The translations under genes and the position numbers were made by a program. 64,000 nt of DNA from Terriglobia bacterium (GTDB taxonomy: Bacteria > Acidobacteriota > Polarisedimenticolia > Polarisedimenticolales > JAIQFR01), in NCBI GenBank assembly GCA_963748015.1, contig CAVVHE010000009.1, forward strand, positions 160,001-224,000. Direction: 5' to 3'. Shown here piece by piece: positions 41,401 through 49,477 of the stretch. The notes below the pieces were generated by a model that was given only the letters and a program-made list of their open reading frames with translations, was not told the origin of the DNA and did not search any database. Every line of letters begins with the position of its first letter. The first letter of the stretch is position 1.

Positions 41401-41538
41401 TTTTCGGCGAGCTACGGGCTCGGCCTCAGATGGTCCTCGCCCATCGGTCCGCTGCGTTTCGACTGGGCCGTCCCGATCAACCCGAGGCCGAACGACCCCG
41501 GCCAGACGTTCTACCTCGGGTTCGGCAACGTCTTCTGA
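35425..41538 (+). CDS. TamB-TamA fusion: AsmA/TamB-like region, POTRA repeats and Omp85 beta-barrel (2037 aa)
   Basis: N-terminal TM anchor; TamB C-terminal LHVTGSLAAPKISG; POTRA motifs (RLGYP, SRGYLD, AAGYPD, LAQTGVF); barrel loop AGGEFSVRGY, SPIGPLRFDWA, terminal FGNVF. Confidence 0.85.
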   Translation: MSASEGPVPGRRGTWRRRLAWMLLAAALAAIAVPVAIVLSLRIESVQDRALVRISEKLERETGTGVRARGFDLDAWRGVIEIRGLEVASAGHSREPFLTAPFVRCELDLPALLRGHVVVRGLTVDRPRLLLDAPLPPATSDSASPLGFLGDLEIRSFELRGGEIPAGGPGAPGVASLGPWQLSDLDVRGSVSNGRAAVVLSRASLHVEPVSRPVNLVLEGSLAIAKDGAFEVEALKADGSGISLDARGSGGVDPGLRVSATYRLDTELARLAADLFAGGSIAVSGQLDIGGGSGPRGTARVEATGVPLDALERWVALDLPPPLVLRGTRADGKGDFEFDLSNVGSLAALRGDAIRGEASLSWLRGGTRLLDASVRSEPETPPSAEGVARCSLRAALFPEAEGERRLEGTARIRSWGDPAGIDILGATLHAREPRIPAALDRLGVPVPWPDAAAPGGSLDATVEASGPLVAPRFRLDATWRDESETLAVVSARSAPGWRAWPPARIAVDVDASVLPEAPGARQASVRLEGLELRDGTARVDLPDLGQAVADLLRRTGVAIPSGSPRLDELLSGPFEAEARFSGKATKPLVAIDSAWHPGGEGIVRLTATGRPNGQAPFFDLAEDAKLEARDVDASRFGAPGLVVHSLDAVSDGKRVSVRSIAATLPPASPGALRGELSGSGGFDLAWPPRLADADLSIEHPIEGVDRASVRAQLDGGVVRIDRLDVDSGSSRASARGSIPLAALARYAGPLRELLAGYPYGPIALEAEGIDLGALQRALPLPDTFPRTSGTVDVRLALDPERPMSSSGRLEARGLALELDGRRIAAEGPVRIDLDNGKATLPATPLRSFGPNVPAGLPAELSGTVELSQDWVPGQGPASLIRDFSAALHGTIDAAALTRFLGTGNASGALVVDASARGPLGGVAADVEVRGPDARISFLSPYATRFESPEARFHFRGGALEIESARFRWNSGELTVRGTIAPRRDSRVAAEFDGVTYRLEYGVTARLGGQLELVWPAEGDRVLRGALSVDRATLRRNVSLDREMLRSLFEPAGAAESALLETVLMDLQVTTVQGLQIRNNVASLHADWDPLHVTGSLAAPKISGQARVVPGGLLNLFGSIVRIDEGTFSWSGDPPSSPRVALKTTSAVEDPTIKNQWYSSWYAAPVMGPGRGGTMDLTAQRASSAETMDAFASGMMSYYQDRLAGSVGGGVTQTELSYEPLPLFGETDTTARMTITQRLSRYAKFVASYNPTDAEAQTFVLEAHGLDAAPSLAVQAFENDEKHQGGTLQQTVRLGKGYLEDESADRLRKVRIDAPEGISKRKLKKNISYRPGDALPDGSAMDAEFDVVDGMRRLGYPLSEVSVEAVPHSPKKVDLEVRVVPGPKIRCEFEGDRPRKAARRVIAALYRFGEEEAASLEEIRQETVRALQSRGYLDPRVEVSVMREGAGGEGEPLTVRVQAEGGRTADPDAPSFAGVPSKEASALSSLFATKDARIALAAGAPAADLRVRRALAAAGYPDARVAGRELSEDGRKLVVRVEPGGRQRLAGIAVRGLPPGDEQRLLPLLGLREGDPVEAEKVAGAVVVVERDMMSKGHAQSDIRARLEPVSPDRLLDRNLIIDASPGPEFEIGDVRFRGARTSRPGWLESTAGLSSGTPADPQEISKARSRLAQTGVFQEIRVSTDPPTTRSARAGEAAEPDRTIPTAVLFDLAEKKRWQLAYGGRYETEVGFGVMVNLDNFNSLGRGQTTGLRGVYAANDQEIQLYHVVPRLFGERSSLEGFLQYKRELTEGVWSEGEQAWLQASFPLTKRWRNRTYVVFEWRTLTSEEPDTPLDQRAISPRVGWQLVYDSRVLPSMGIGRSKGFFYGLNLVGSTEAIGSDLTGLGTYQQWSHYLPLGDPERGRFDWAHSYRVSTIDVKGESVPTDSRLRAGGEFSVRGYPTNSLGPQDEEGNALGGEFLVIANEEMHVRLWRSFSSLLFVDVGNVWPTLGGFDWRFSASYGLGLRWSSPIGPLRFDWAVPINPRPNDPGQTFYLGFGNVF

Positions 41539-41577
41539 GAGCGAGCGACGGCGCGCCTTCGGAAGCGCTCTCCTCCC

Positions 41578-42921
41578 TCACGCCCCTCCGGCTCTCGACC
41601 CGCGGTCCCCACGCTTTTCCAGCCGCTCCTGGGCCTCCGCGATGTGGTTCTTCAGGATGAACAGGCGCTGCGTGAAGTGGAGCGGGACCTTGAGGCGGTT
41701 CACGCGCCTCGCCAGCTCCTCGAGCGCCGCGGCGAGGGCGAAGGCCGCCTCGCCGGAGGGGTGCGCCTCCAGCTCCATCTCGATGACCTTCAGCTCGCGG
41801 TAGAGGCTGAACATCCGGCGCTCGATCGCGAACTCGTAGACCATCGGCAAGTAGCGCGCAAGGGGCAGCACCACGGCGAACAGCGGAACGAGGAGGATCA
41901 GCAGGCGCTCCGCGAGGTCGGACAGCCAGTACGGGAGGTGGCCGTAGAGGTACGGCCGCCCCGACTTGTAGAACTCGCGGGCATAATGGCTCAGCGGCAG
42001 GTCGATCGCCTCGGGGGCGGGGAACCGCCCTGCCTTGTTGAAGATCCCCGGTCCGCCGTGCACCTCCACGGCCGCGTCGAGGAGAAGGTACTGCAGCGCG
42101 GGGTGGAGGTCCTTGCGCACCGCCAGGCTTCCCTCGACCGCGAGCAGGCTCACGTCCGCGGGCGGTATGTTCCTTTCCAGGTCGGCCACGCCCGTCGGCA
42201 GCACCAGCTTGTTCAGGTGGGGGAAGAGGGCGACGTAGGCGTCCGCGCGGGGGTAGGTCACGAGCGTGATGCCGTCGGCGGCGAGGAGCTTGCGCACCGC
42301 CGGCGACTGCCAAGACGTCAGCATGACGGCGGCGTCGAGCTCGCCCCGGAGCAGCGCCTCCGCGGCTCGCTCGGGCGCGAGCCCGAGCAGCTCGACCCGC
42401 TTCTCGTCCACGCCGTTGAGCTCGAGCAGGCGGCGGGCCAGCACCCGCGTGCCGCTTCCCTCGGGGCCGATCGAGATGCGCTTGCCCAGCAGCGCCTCGG
42501 CCCGGGCGCCGGCTTGCGGGACACCTCGATAGAACAGCCAGAGAGGCTCGAAGGAGACCGTCCCGAGCGAGACGAGATCGGACGAATCCTCCCCGCCGGC
42601 GATCCCGGCCTCGACGAACGCGACGCTCACGCCCGAGCGGGGGTCGCGCAGCCTGGCGAGATTCTCCACCGCGCCCGCCGAGGGAAGCAGCTCGAGCTCG
42701 AGACCCGAACGGGCGAGGATGGCGCGATAGCGCGCGCCGAGCTCTCGGTTGGCGCTCCCCTCGGGACCGGTGGCCATGACCAGCGTGCGAGGCGGAAAAA
42801 TGCTCTTGCTGGTGACCAGCATCCAGACGGCGGCGGCCGCGACGGCGAGCACGAGGGCCGCCGCGACGATCGCGAAGGTACGCCGGCGGCGGGGCTTCCT
42901 CGGGCTGCTTTCATTTGGCAT
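41578..42921 (-). CDS. TAXI-family TRAP solute-binding protein with N-terminal and C-terminal membrane segments
   Basis: MATGPEGS, SAGAVENL, GKRISIGPEGSGT, DLHPALQYLL; hydrophobic LLILLVPLFAVVLPL followed by a helical tail. Confidence 0.8.
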   Translation of the reverse strand: MPNESSPRKPRRRRTFAIVAAALVLAVAAAAVWMLVTSKSIFPPRTLVMATGPEGSANRELGARYRAILARSGLELELLPSAGAVENLARLRDPRSGVSVAFVEAGIAGGEDSSDLVSLGTVSFEPLWLFYRGVPQAGARAEALLGKRISIGPEGSGTRVLARRLLELNGVDEKRVELLGLAPERAAEALLRGELDAAVMLTSWQSPAVRKLLAADGITLVTYPRADAYVALFPHLNKLVLPTGVADLERNIPPADVSLLAVEGSLAVRKDLHPALQYLLLDAAVEVHGGPGIFNKAGRFPAPEAIDLPLSHYAREFYKSGRPYLYGHLPYWLSDLAERLLILLVPLFAVVLPLARYLPMVYEFAIERRMFSLYRELKVIEMELEAHPSGEAAFALAAALEELARRVNRLKVPLHFTQRLFILKNHIAEAQERLEKRGDRGSRAGGA

Positions 42922-42933
42922 CGCCGCCCCTTC

Positions 42934-44616
42934 TCACTTCATGAGGAGCACGATGACGGGTCCCCACGCCGTCAGGAGGATGTTCCCGACGGCGTACGGC
43001 ACCGTGTAGCCGAGGACCGGCAACTTGCTCTGCGCTTCGTCCTGGATGGCCCGGAGCGCGGCGGTGACCGTCCCGGCTCCGGAGCAGGCGCCGAGGAGGA
43101 TCACCGGGTTCATCTTGAGGACGTACCGCCCGAAGAGCAGCGCCGCGACGTGCGGCGTGACCGCGACGACCAGGCCGACCAGGAGGAGGCTCGGGCCGGT
43201 CGCCTTCAGGCCGCTGACGAAAGTCGGCCCGGCGCTCAACCCGACGACCCCGATGAACACGGCGAGCCCCACCGTGTCGAACACCCAGAGCGCCGGCTCC
43301 GGGATGCGGCCGAACGTCGGCCGAACCGACCGCAGCCATCCGAACACCAGCCCCATGATCAGGGCGCCCCCGCTGGTCGTCAGGCTCAGAGGCAGCCCGC
43401 CGACCGTGACGGAGAGGAGGCCGACCAGGCCCCCGAGCAGGATGCCGAGGCCGACGAAGATCATGTCGGTCTCGTTCGACGGCGGCTCGATGTAGCCGAT
43501 CGCCTTCCCCGCGCGCTCGACGTCCCCGACGGGGCCCGAGATCTGGAGCAGGTCGCCGCGGTTCAGCGTCGTCGTGTAGGTGAACGGGATCTCCTCGCCT
43601 CCGCGCACGAGCTTGATGAGTGCGACTCCCCGCCCGTGCTCCTCGGCCACGTCCGCGAGCGTGCGCTCGGCCAGCGCCTTGTTCGTGAGGACGACGTCCC
43701 GGACGGCGAGCGGGAAATCGAGCAGCTCGTGGTCCTCGACCTCGACGCCGAACCGGGCAGGGTCCGCGAGGATCACCCGCCGGCGGGCCGCGACCGCGAT
43801 CACGTCGCCGGGGCGAAGAACGGTGTCGGGCACGGACTCGATGATCTCGCCGGCGCGCCGGATGCGCGCGACGAACACGCGATCCGGCGCCGCGGCCTTC
43901 TCCAGCGCCGCGACCGTCCCGTTCGCGAACGGCCCGTCGGGGAGGCGGTAGGTGCGGAGCGCCCACTCCCTGTAGGCGGACTGAGCGCCGGGCGCGGACT
44001 CCCGCTTCCCGCCCGACATCTCCATCTCGAGCTTGCGGCTCTCCGCTTTCAGGTTCACCTTGAGGAGCCGCGGCGCCAGCGCCGAGAGGAACCAGACGAC
44101 GAAGCCCGTGCCCACGAGGTAGCTGACCGCGTAGGCGACCGGGATGTTGTTCAGCAGGCGGTTCTTTTCCGCTTCCGGCAAGTCCAGGCGGTTGATGGTG
44201 TCGCCGGCGGTGCCGATGACGGTGGACTCGGTGAAGGCCCCGGCCATGAGGCCGGCCGCGGTCCCGCAATCGTACTTGAGCGCCTTGGCGGCAACGACCG
44301 TCGTCACCAGGCTGGTCACGCAGAGGACGACCGTGAGCGACACCTGCGACAGGGCGTTTTTCTTGAGCCCCCTGAAGAACTGCGGGCCGACCTTGTAGCC
44401 GGTGGCGAACAGAAAGAGGTCGAAGAAGACGATCTTGACGATGGGGGCGACCCGGATGTCGAGCTGGCCGATGATCACCCCGGCGAGCAGGGTGCCCACG
44501 ACGTTCCCGAGACTGAAGGTCCCGATGCGGATCCGGCCGATCAGGAAGCCGGCCGCGAGGGTCAGGAAGAGGGCCAGCTCCGGGTTCTCGCGAAGGATCG
44601 TCGCGAAGGTCGCCAT
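42934..44616 (-). CDS. aspT: Aspartate:alanine exchanger (AAEx) family transporter with two TrkA-C domains
   Basis: ENPELALFLTLA, FLFATGYKVGPQFF, AGAFTESTVIG, VAYAVSYLVG, GYTVPYAVGNILL. Confidence 0.88.
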   Translation of the reverse strand: MATFATILRENPELALFLTLAAGFLIGRIRIGTFSLGNVVGTLLAGVIIGQLDIRVAPIVKIVFFDLFLFATGYKVGPQFFRGLKKNALSQVSLTVVLCVTSLVTTVVAAKALKYDCGTAAGLMAGAFTESTVIGTAGDTINRLDLPEAEKNRLLNNIPVAYAVSYLVGTGFVVWFLSALAPRLLKVNLKAESRKLEMEMSGGKRESAPGAQSAYREWALRTYRLPDGPFANGTVAALEKAAAPDRVFVARIRRAGEIIESVPDTVLRPGDVIAVAARRRVILADPARFGVEVEDHELLDFPLAVRDVVLTNKALAERTLADVAEEHGRGVALIKLVRGGEEIPFTYTTTLNRGDLLQISGPVGDVERAGKAIGYIEPPSNETDMIFVGLGILLGGLVGLLSVTVGGLPLSLTTSGGALIMGLVFGWLRSVRPTFGRIPEPALWVFDTVGLAVFIGVVGLSAGPTFVSGLKATGPSLLLVGLVVAVTPHVAALLFGRYVLKMNPVILLGACSGAGTVTAALRAIQDEAQSKLPVLGYTVPYAVGNILLTAWGPVIVLLMK

Positions 44617-44680
44617 GGGCGTCCGTCCCTCCTTGCGAGGCGGGAACGACGGCTGCCGCTGCCGCCGGTCCTACACCAAC

Positions 44681-47123
44681 TCAGACGTTGTCGGCCTCCG
44701 TGGAGCTGCGCCGCCTGCCAGCCGCCTTCTTCCCCTCCGCGCCCCATCTCCAGTCGAGGACCGAGGGGTGGTCCTCGCCGCGCTCCTCGATGAAGTGGCG
44801 ATGGTCGATGAGCGCGTCGCGGATGGCCTGCTTGGCGTACGCCGCGCGCGAGCCGAGCTGGGGCAGCCGGTCGATCACGTCCTGCACCAGGTGGAAGCGG
44901 TCCAGGTCGTTCAGCACGCACATGTCGAACGGCGTCGTGGTCGTGCCCTCTTCCTTGTAGCCGCGGACGTGGAGGTTCTTGTGGTTCGTCGCGGCGGTAG
45001 GTGAGGCGATGGATCAGCCACGGGTAGCCGTGGAAGGCGAACACGATCGGGCTTGTCCTTCGTGAACAGCGTGTCGAAATCCTGGTCGCTCAGGCCGTGC
45101 GGGTGCTCGCTCGACGGCTGGAGCTTCATCAGGTTCACGACGTTGACGACGCGCACCTTCAGCTTCCGGCAGGTGTCGGCGGATCAGGTCCACCGCCGCC
45201 AGCGTCTCGAGCGTGGGCACGTCGCCGCAGCAGGCCATCACGACGTCGGGCTCGCCGCCGCGGTCGTTGCTGGCCCACTCCCAGATGCCGACGCCGGCGG
45301 TGCAGTGCTTGACCGCCTGGTCCATGGTCAGCCACTGCGGCGCCGGTTGCTTGCCGGCGACGACGACGTTGACGTAGTTGCGGCTGCGCAGGCAGTGGTC
45401 GGTGACCGAGAGCAGGCAGTTCGCGTCCGGCGGCAGGTACACGCGGACCACCTCGGCCTTCTTGTTCACGACGTGGTCGATGAAGCCCGGGTCCTGGTGG
45501 GAGAAGCCGTTGTGGTCCTGCCGCCAGACGTGCGAGCTCAGCAGGTAGTTGAGCGAGGCGATCGGCCGCCGCCAGGGAATCTCGTGGCAGACCTTCAGCC
45601 ACTTGGCGTGCTGGTTGAACATCGAGTCGATGATGTGGATGAAGGCCTCGTAGCAGGAGAAGAAGCCGTGCCGGCCCGTGAGCAGGTAGCCTTCGAGCCA
45701 GCCCTGGCACTGGTGCTCGCTCAGCATCTCCATGACGCGGCCGTCGGGCGCCAGCTTGTCGTCGAAGGGGAACCGCTCGGCCATCCAGGCGCGGTTCGTC
45801 ACTTCGAGCGCGTCCTGCCAGCGGTTCGAGTTGTTCTCGTCGGGGCTGAAGAGGCGGAAGTTCCTCGCGCCGAGGTTCAGCTTCATCACGTCGCGCAGGA
45901 ACCGGCCCATCACGCGCGTGGATTCGGCGTCGGTCTCTCCCGGCTTCCGGACGTCCACGGCGTACTGGCGGAAGTCCGGCAGCTCGAGGTCGCGGAGAAG
46001 CAGGCCGCCGTTGGCGTGCGGATTGGCGCTCATCCGCCGGTTCCCCCGCGGCGCGAGCTCGGCGAGTCTCGGGCTTGAGCCGGCCGCTCTTGTCGAACAG
46101 CTCCTGCGGTCCGTAGCTCTTCATCCACTGTTCGAGGAGCGTCACGTGCCCGGGCTTCTCGTGCATCTCGCCCATCGGCACCTGGTGCGAGCGCCAGGAA
46201 TCCTCGGTGCGCTTGCCGTCGATCTCCTTGGGGCAAGTCCAGCCCTTGGGAGACCGCAGGACGATCATCGGCCATCGCGGGCGCGCGGTCGCCCCGCCCC
46301 CTGCGCGCCTCGGACTGGATGCGCTGAATCTCCCCGACGGCCTCGTCGAGCGCTGCCGCCATGAGCTGGTGCATCTTCTCCGGCTCGCTCCCCTCGACGA
46401 AGATGGGGACGTAGCCGTAGCCGCGGAAGAGCTGATCCAGCTCCTCGTGGCTGATGCGGGCGAGCACGCAGGGGTTGGCGATCTTGTAGCCGTTCAGGTG
46501 CAGGATCGGCAGCACCGCGCCGTCCGTCGCCGGATTGAGGAACTTGTTCGAGTGCCAGCTCGTGGCCAGCGGACCGGTTTCGGCCTCGCCGTCGCCCACG
46601 ACCGCGGCGACGATGAGGCCGGGGTTGTCGAAGGCCGCACCGTACGCGTGGCTCAGCGCGTAGCCGAGCTCGCCGCCCTCGTGGATCGAGCCCGGGCGTC
46701 TCGGGGGCGACGTGGCTCGGGATGCCGCCGGGGAAGGAGAACTGCTTGAACAGCCTCTTCATCCCCTCCTCGTCCTGCGAGATGTTCGGGTAGACCTCGC
46801 TGTAGGTGCCTTCCAGCCAGGTGTTGGCCACGATGCCGGGGCCCGCCGTGCCCCGGGCCGATGATGTAGATCATGTCGAGGTCGCGTTCCTTGATGACCC
46901 GGTTGAGATGGACGTAGATGAAGTTCAACCCGGGCGTCGTTCCCCAGTGGCCGAGCAGCCGCGGCTTGACGTGCTCCTTCTTGAGCGGCTACTTGAGCAG
47001 CGGATTGTCCTGGAGGTAGATCTGGCCGACGGAAAGGTAGTTGGCCGCGCGCCACCAGGCGTCGATCTTGCGGAGCTGGTCGGAGTTGAGAGGGTTCCCG
47101 GTCTTCGCGTCGGTCTTCTTCAC
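44681..47123 (-). pseudogene. xfp: Phosphoketolase (XFP) with an in-frame TAG and multiple frameshifts
   Basis: [89 protein letters not shown]. Confidence 0.9.
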
Positions 47124-47157
47124 GGTTTGTCCTTTTCGCGAGAAGGGCAACGAGATT

Positions 47158-48045
47158 CTACCGCAGTCCGGGACCCGCGGCGGCGCGTTGAGGCCCGGTC
47201 TGCTTCTCACCGCCGGCTGGGGCGCGCGCGGATTTCATCTCCCTGAGGTCCGGTGCGAAATAGAAGAACCAGCGCAGCGTGTGGTTCAGGTCGTACTGGT
47301 ACCCGCTCGACTTCTGCTGGTACACCAGCATGTACCCGAGGTCGAAGCTCCAGGAGCGGGTCATGCTCTTCTTGACCCCGGCGAAGAACCGGTTCTGGTC
47401 GAAGGTGTTCAGGACGACGTCCTTTCCGAACTGGACGAGGATCTCGTCGGAAAAGACCAGCGACGGAACCGACGTCTTCTCGGAAACGGGGATCGTGAAG
47501 CTGAGTAGATACCGGACCCGGTCCGAGAAGAGCGTCTCGCCCGTCAGGGCGTCGTCCTTGACCTCCTGCTGCCAGCGCTGCTCGTTTCGAAGCCGGTGGA
47601 GCACGGTGGCCTTCCCGAATCTCGCCACGTACTGGAGCTGCTGGTAGAGGCGGTTCTCGTTGGACCAGGTTTCGCACCCGTCGCAGGAGGGAGCCTTCCA
47701 CATGTGGGCGTACCCGAGAACGAGCGTGAGTTTCTCCGTGAGCCAGTAATCCGCCCCGAAACGGACGAAGTAGAAGCTGGGGTCCTGGAGGAAGTCGTTT
47801 CGTCGGACGTGAACGTCCGCGACCATGCCCCACTTGTCCGTGAAGCGGGTCGTAGTGTTGAGGCTCGCCCAGAACTGGACCTGCTCGTTGATTTCCTTGG
47901 AGTCCTGGGCGCGAGACAGGTACGGCGCGAGCGCACCGACAGCGAAGACGAGGACCGCGAACGCGTTCCGTCGGATCCTCGGGGCGCGTCCTCTCGCGGG
48001 GCTGGGAAGCCGTCCCACCGCACCTTTCCGCAGCTGCCCGCTCAC
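47158..48045 (-). CDS. DUF2490 outer-membrane beta-barrel protein
   Basis: [31 protein letters not shown]...[14 protein letters not shown]; start uncertain. Confidence 0.8.
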   Translation of the reverse strand: MSGQLRKGAVGRLPSPARGRAPRIRRNAFAVLVFAVGALAPYLSRAQDSKEINEQVQFWASLNTTTRFTDKWGMVADVHVRRNDFLQDPSFYFVRFGADYWLTEKLTLVLGYAHMWKAPSCDGCETWSNENRLYQQLQYVARFGKATVLHRLRNEQRWQQEVKDDALTGETLFSDRVRYLLSFTIPVSEKTSVPSLVFSDEILVQFGKDVVLNTFDQNRFFAGVKKSMTRSWSFDLGYMLVYQQKSSGYQYDLNHTLRWFFYFAPDLREMKSARAPAGGEKQTGPQRAAAGPGLR

Positions 48046-48298
48046 CGCGGCGCCCTCCAGGAAGGGGGGATCGTGCCACCAACCGCGCACGGGAGCAATG
48101 GCTCTCCGATTTCTCCTCGCGGGGCCGCGCGGGCCCCGCGGTGCGGCCGCTTCCGCGCGCCCCGGGGCGGACCCGGTAAAACTCCCAGTCTTGATTTCCC
48201 CGGTAGGCGCGGGTAATCTCTCGTCCGCATCCTGGAAGTCGGTTTCGGTCGCCCGCGGCGCAAAACGGGGCGGTCCCCGTGCAAGGGGGGAAACATCC

Positions 48299-49474
48299 GT
48301 GAAGAAGACGACCTTCGTCGTGCTTGCGCTCGCGCTGGCGGCTGTCGCCGCGGCGTGCGCCAAGAAGGAACAGGCCGCGGCGGCGCCCCCCGAAGTGTAC
48401 GTGGCCGACGTCGTCCAGAAGGACGTGCCGGTCTACCTCGAGGTGGTCGGCCAGACCCGCGGCTCGCAGGACGTGGAGATCCGCGCGCGCGTCGAGGGCT
48501 ACCTCGATTCGGTGAACTTCACCGAGGGCAGCTTCGTCAGGAAGGGCGCCCTCCTCTACCACATCGACCCGAAGCCGTTCGAAGCCAAGCTCGCCCGGGC
48601 CAAGGCGGAGTTCGAGACCTGCAAGGCGCGTCTCGCAAAGACGAACAACGACGTCACGCGCCTGACCCCCCTCGCCGCCCAGCAGGCGGTCAGCCAGCAG
48701 GAGCTCGACAACGCGCTCGCGGCGCAGGACGCCGCGAAGGCCCAGGTCGACGCGGCCCAGGCGGCCGTGGACAACGCGGCGCTCGATCTCGGGTACACGA
48801 CGATCCGCTCCCCGATCGACGGGCTCGTGGGCACCACGAACGTGAAGTCCGGGAACCTCGTGGGACGCGGGGAGAGCACGCTCCTCACGACCATCTCCCA
48901 GGTTGAGCCGATCCTGTTCCGCGCGGGGATCAGCGAGGCGGAGTACCTGCGACTGGCCAAGCGACTCGGGGACAAAGAGGCGCCCGGGAAGGCTCCCGAG
49001 GAGGGGTCCATCGAGCTGATCCTCGCCGACGGAACGGTCCATCCCTACAAGGGAAGCGTCGACGCCGTCGAGCGCGCGATCGATCCCACGACCGGCACGC
49101 TCGCCATTCAGGTCCGTTTCGAGAACCCGGGCCGGGTGGTGCGTCCCGGCCAGTACGGCAGGGCGCGCGCCCAGGTCGAGGTGAAGAAGGACGCGCTCCT
49201 CGTGCCGCAGCGGGCGGTCGCGGAGCTGCAGAACCTCTACAGCGTTGCGGTCCTGACCGAAGGGGACAAGATCGCCTTCCGCAACGTCAAGGTCGGGCCG
49301 CGCGTGGACGGCATGTGGGTGATCGAGGAGGGACTCAAGCCCGGCGAGAAGGTCGTGGTCGAGGGGTTGCAGAAGGTGCGGGAGGGGGCGGTCGTGAGCC
49401 CGAAGCCCGTTCCGGCCCCCGCCACGGGATCCGGCGCCGCGGAGCCCGCGGCCGGCGCCGGGGCGGCGAAGTAG
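48299..49474 (+). CDS. RND efflux periplasmic adaptor (AcrA/MexA family) lipoprotein
   Basis: Lipobox AAAC; VEIRARVEGYL, TTIRSPIDG, IDPTTGT, RPGQYGR, VPQRAV, EGLKPGEKVVVEG. Confidence 0.93.
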   Translation: MKKTTFVVLALALAAVAAACAKKEQAAAAPPEVYVADVVQKDVPVYLEVVGQTRGSQDVEIRARVEGYLDSVNFTEGSFVRKGALLYHIDPKPFEAKLARAKAEFETCKARLAKTNNDVTRLTPLAAQQAVSQQELDNALAAQDAAKAQVDAAQAAVDNAALDLGYTTIRSPIDGLVGTTNVKSGNLVGRGESTLLTTISQVEPILFRAGISEAEYLRLAKRLGDKEAPGKAPEEGSIELILADGTVHPYKGSVDAVERAIDPTTGTLAIQVRFENPGRVVRPGQYGRARAQVEVKKDALLVPQRAVAELQNLYSVAVLTEGDKIAFRNVKVGPRVDGMWVIEEGLKPGEKVVVEGLQKVREGAVVSPKPVPAPATGSGAAEPAAGAGAAK

Positions 49475-49477
49475 GCC

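Noticed and set aside
46989..46991. Pyrrolysine or amber recoding in xfp
   Set aside because: No pyl genes in the window, TAG terminates many other genes, and the gene is also frameshifted.
48063..48078. TGGCACG on the minus strand as a sigma-54 promoter
   Set aside because: No GC at the -12 position, and it is too close to the putative start.
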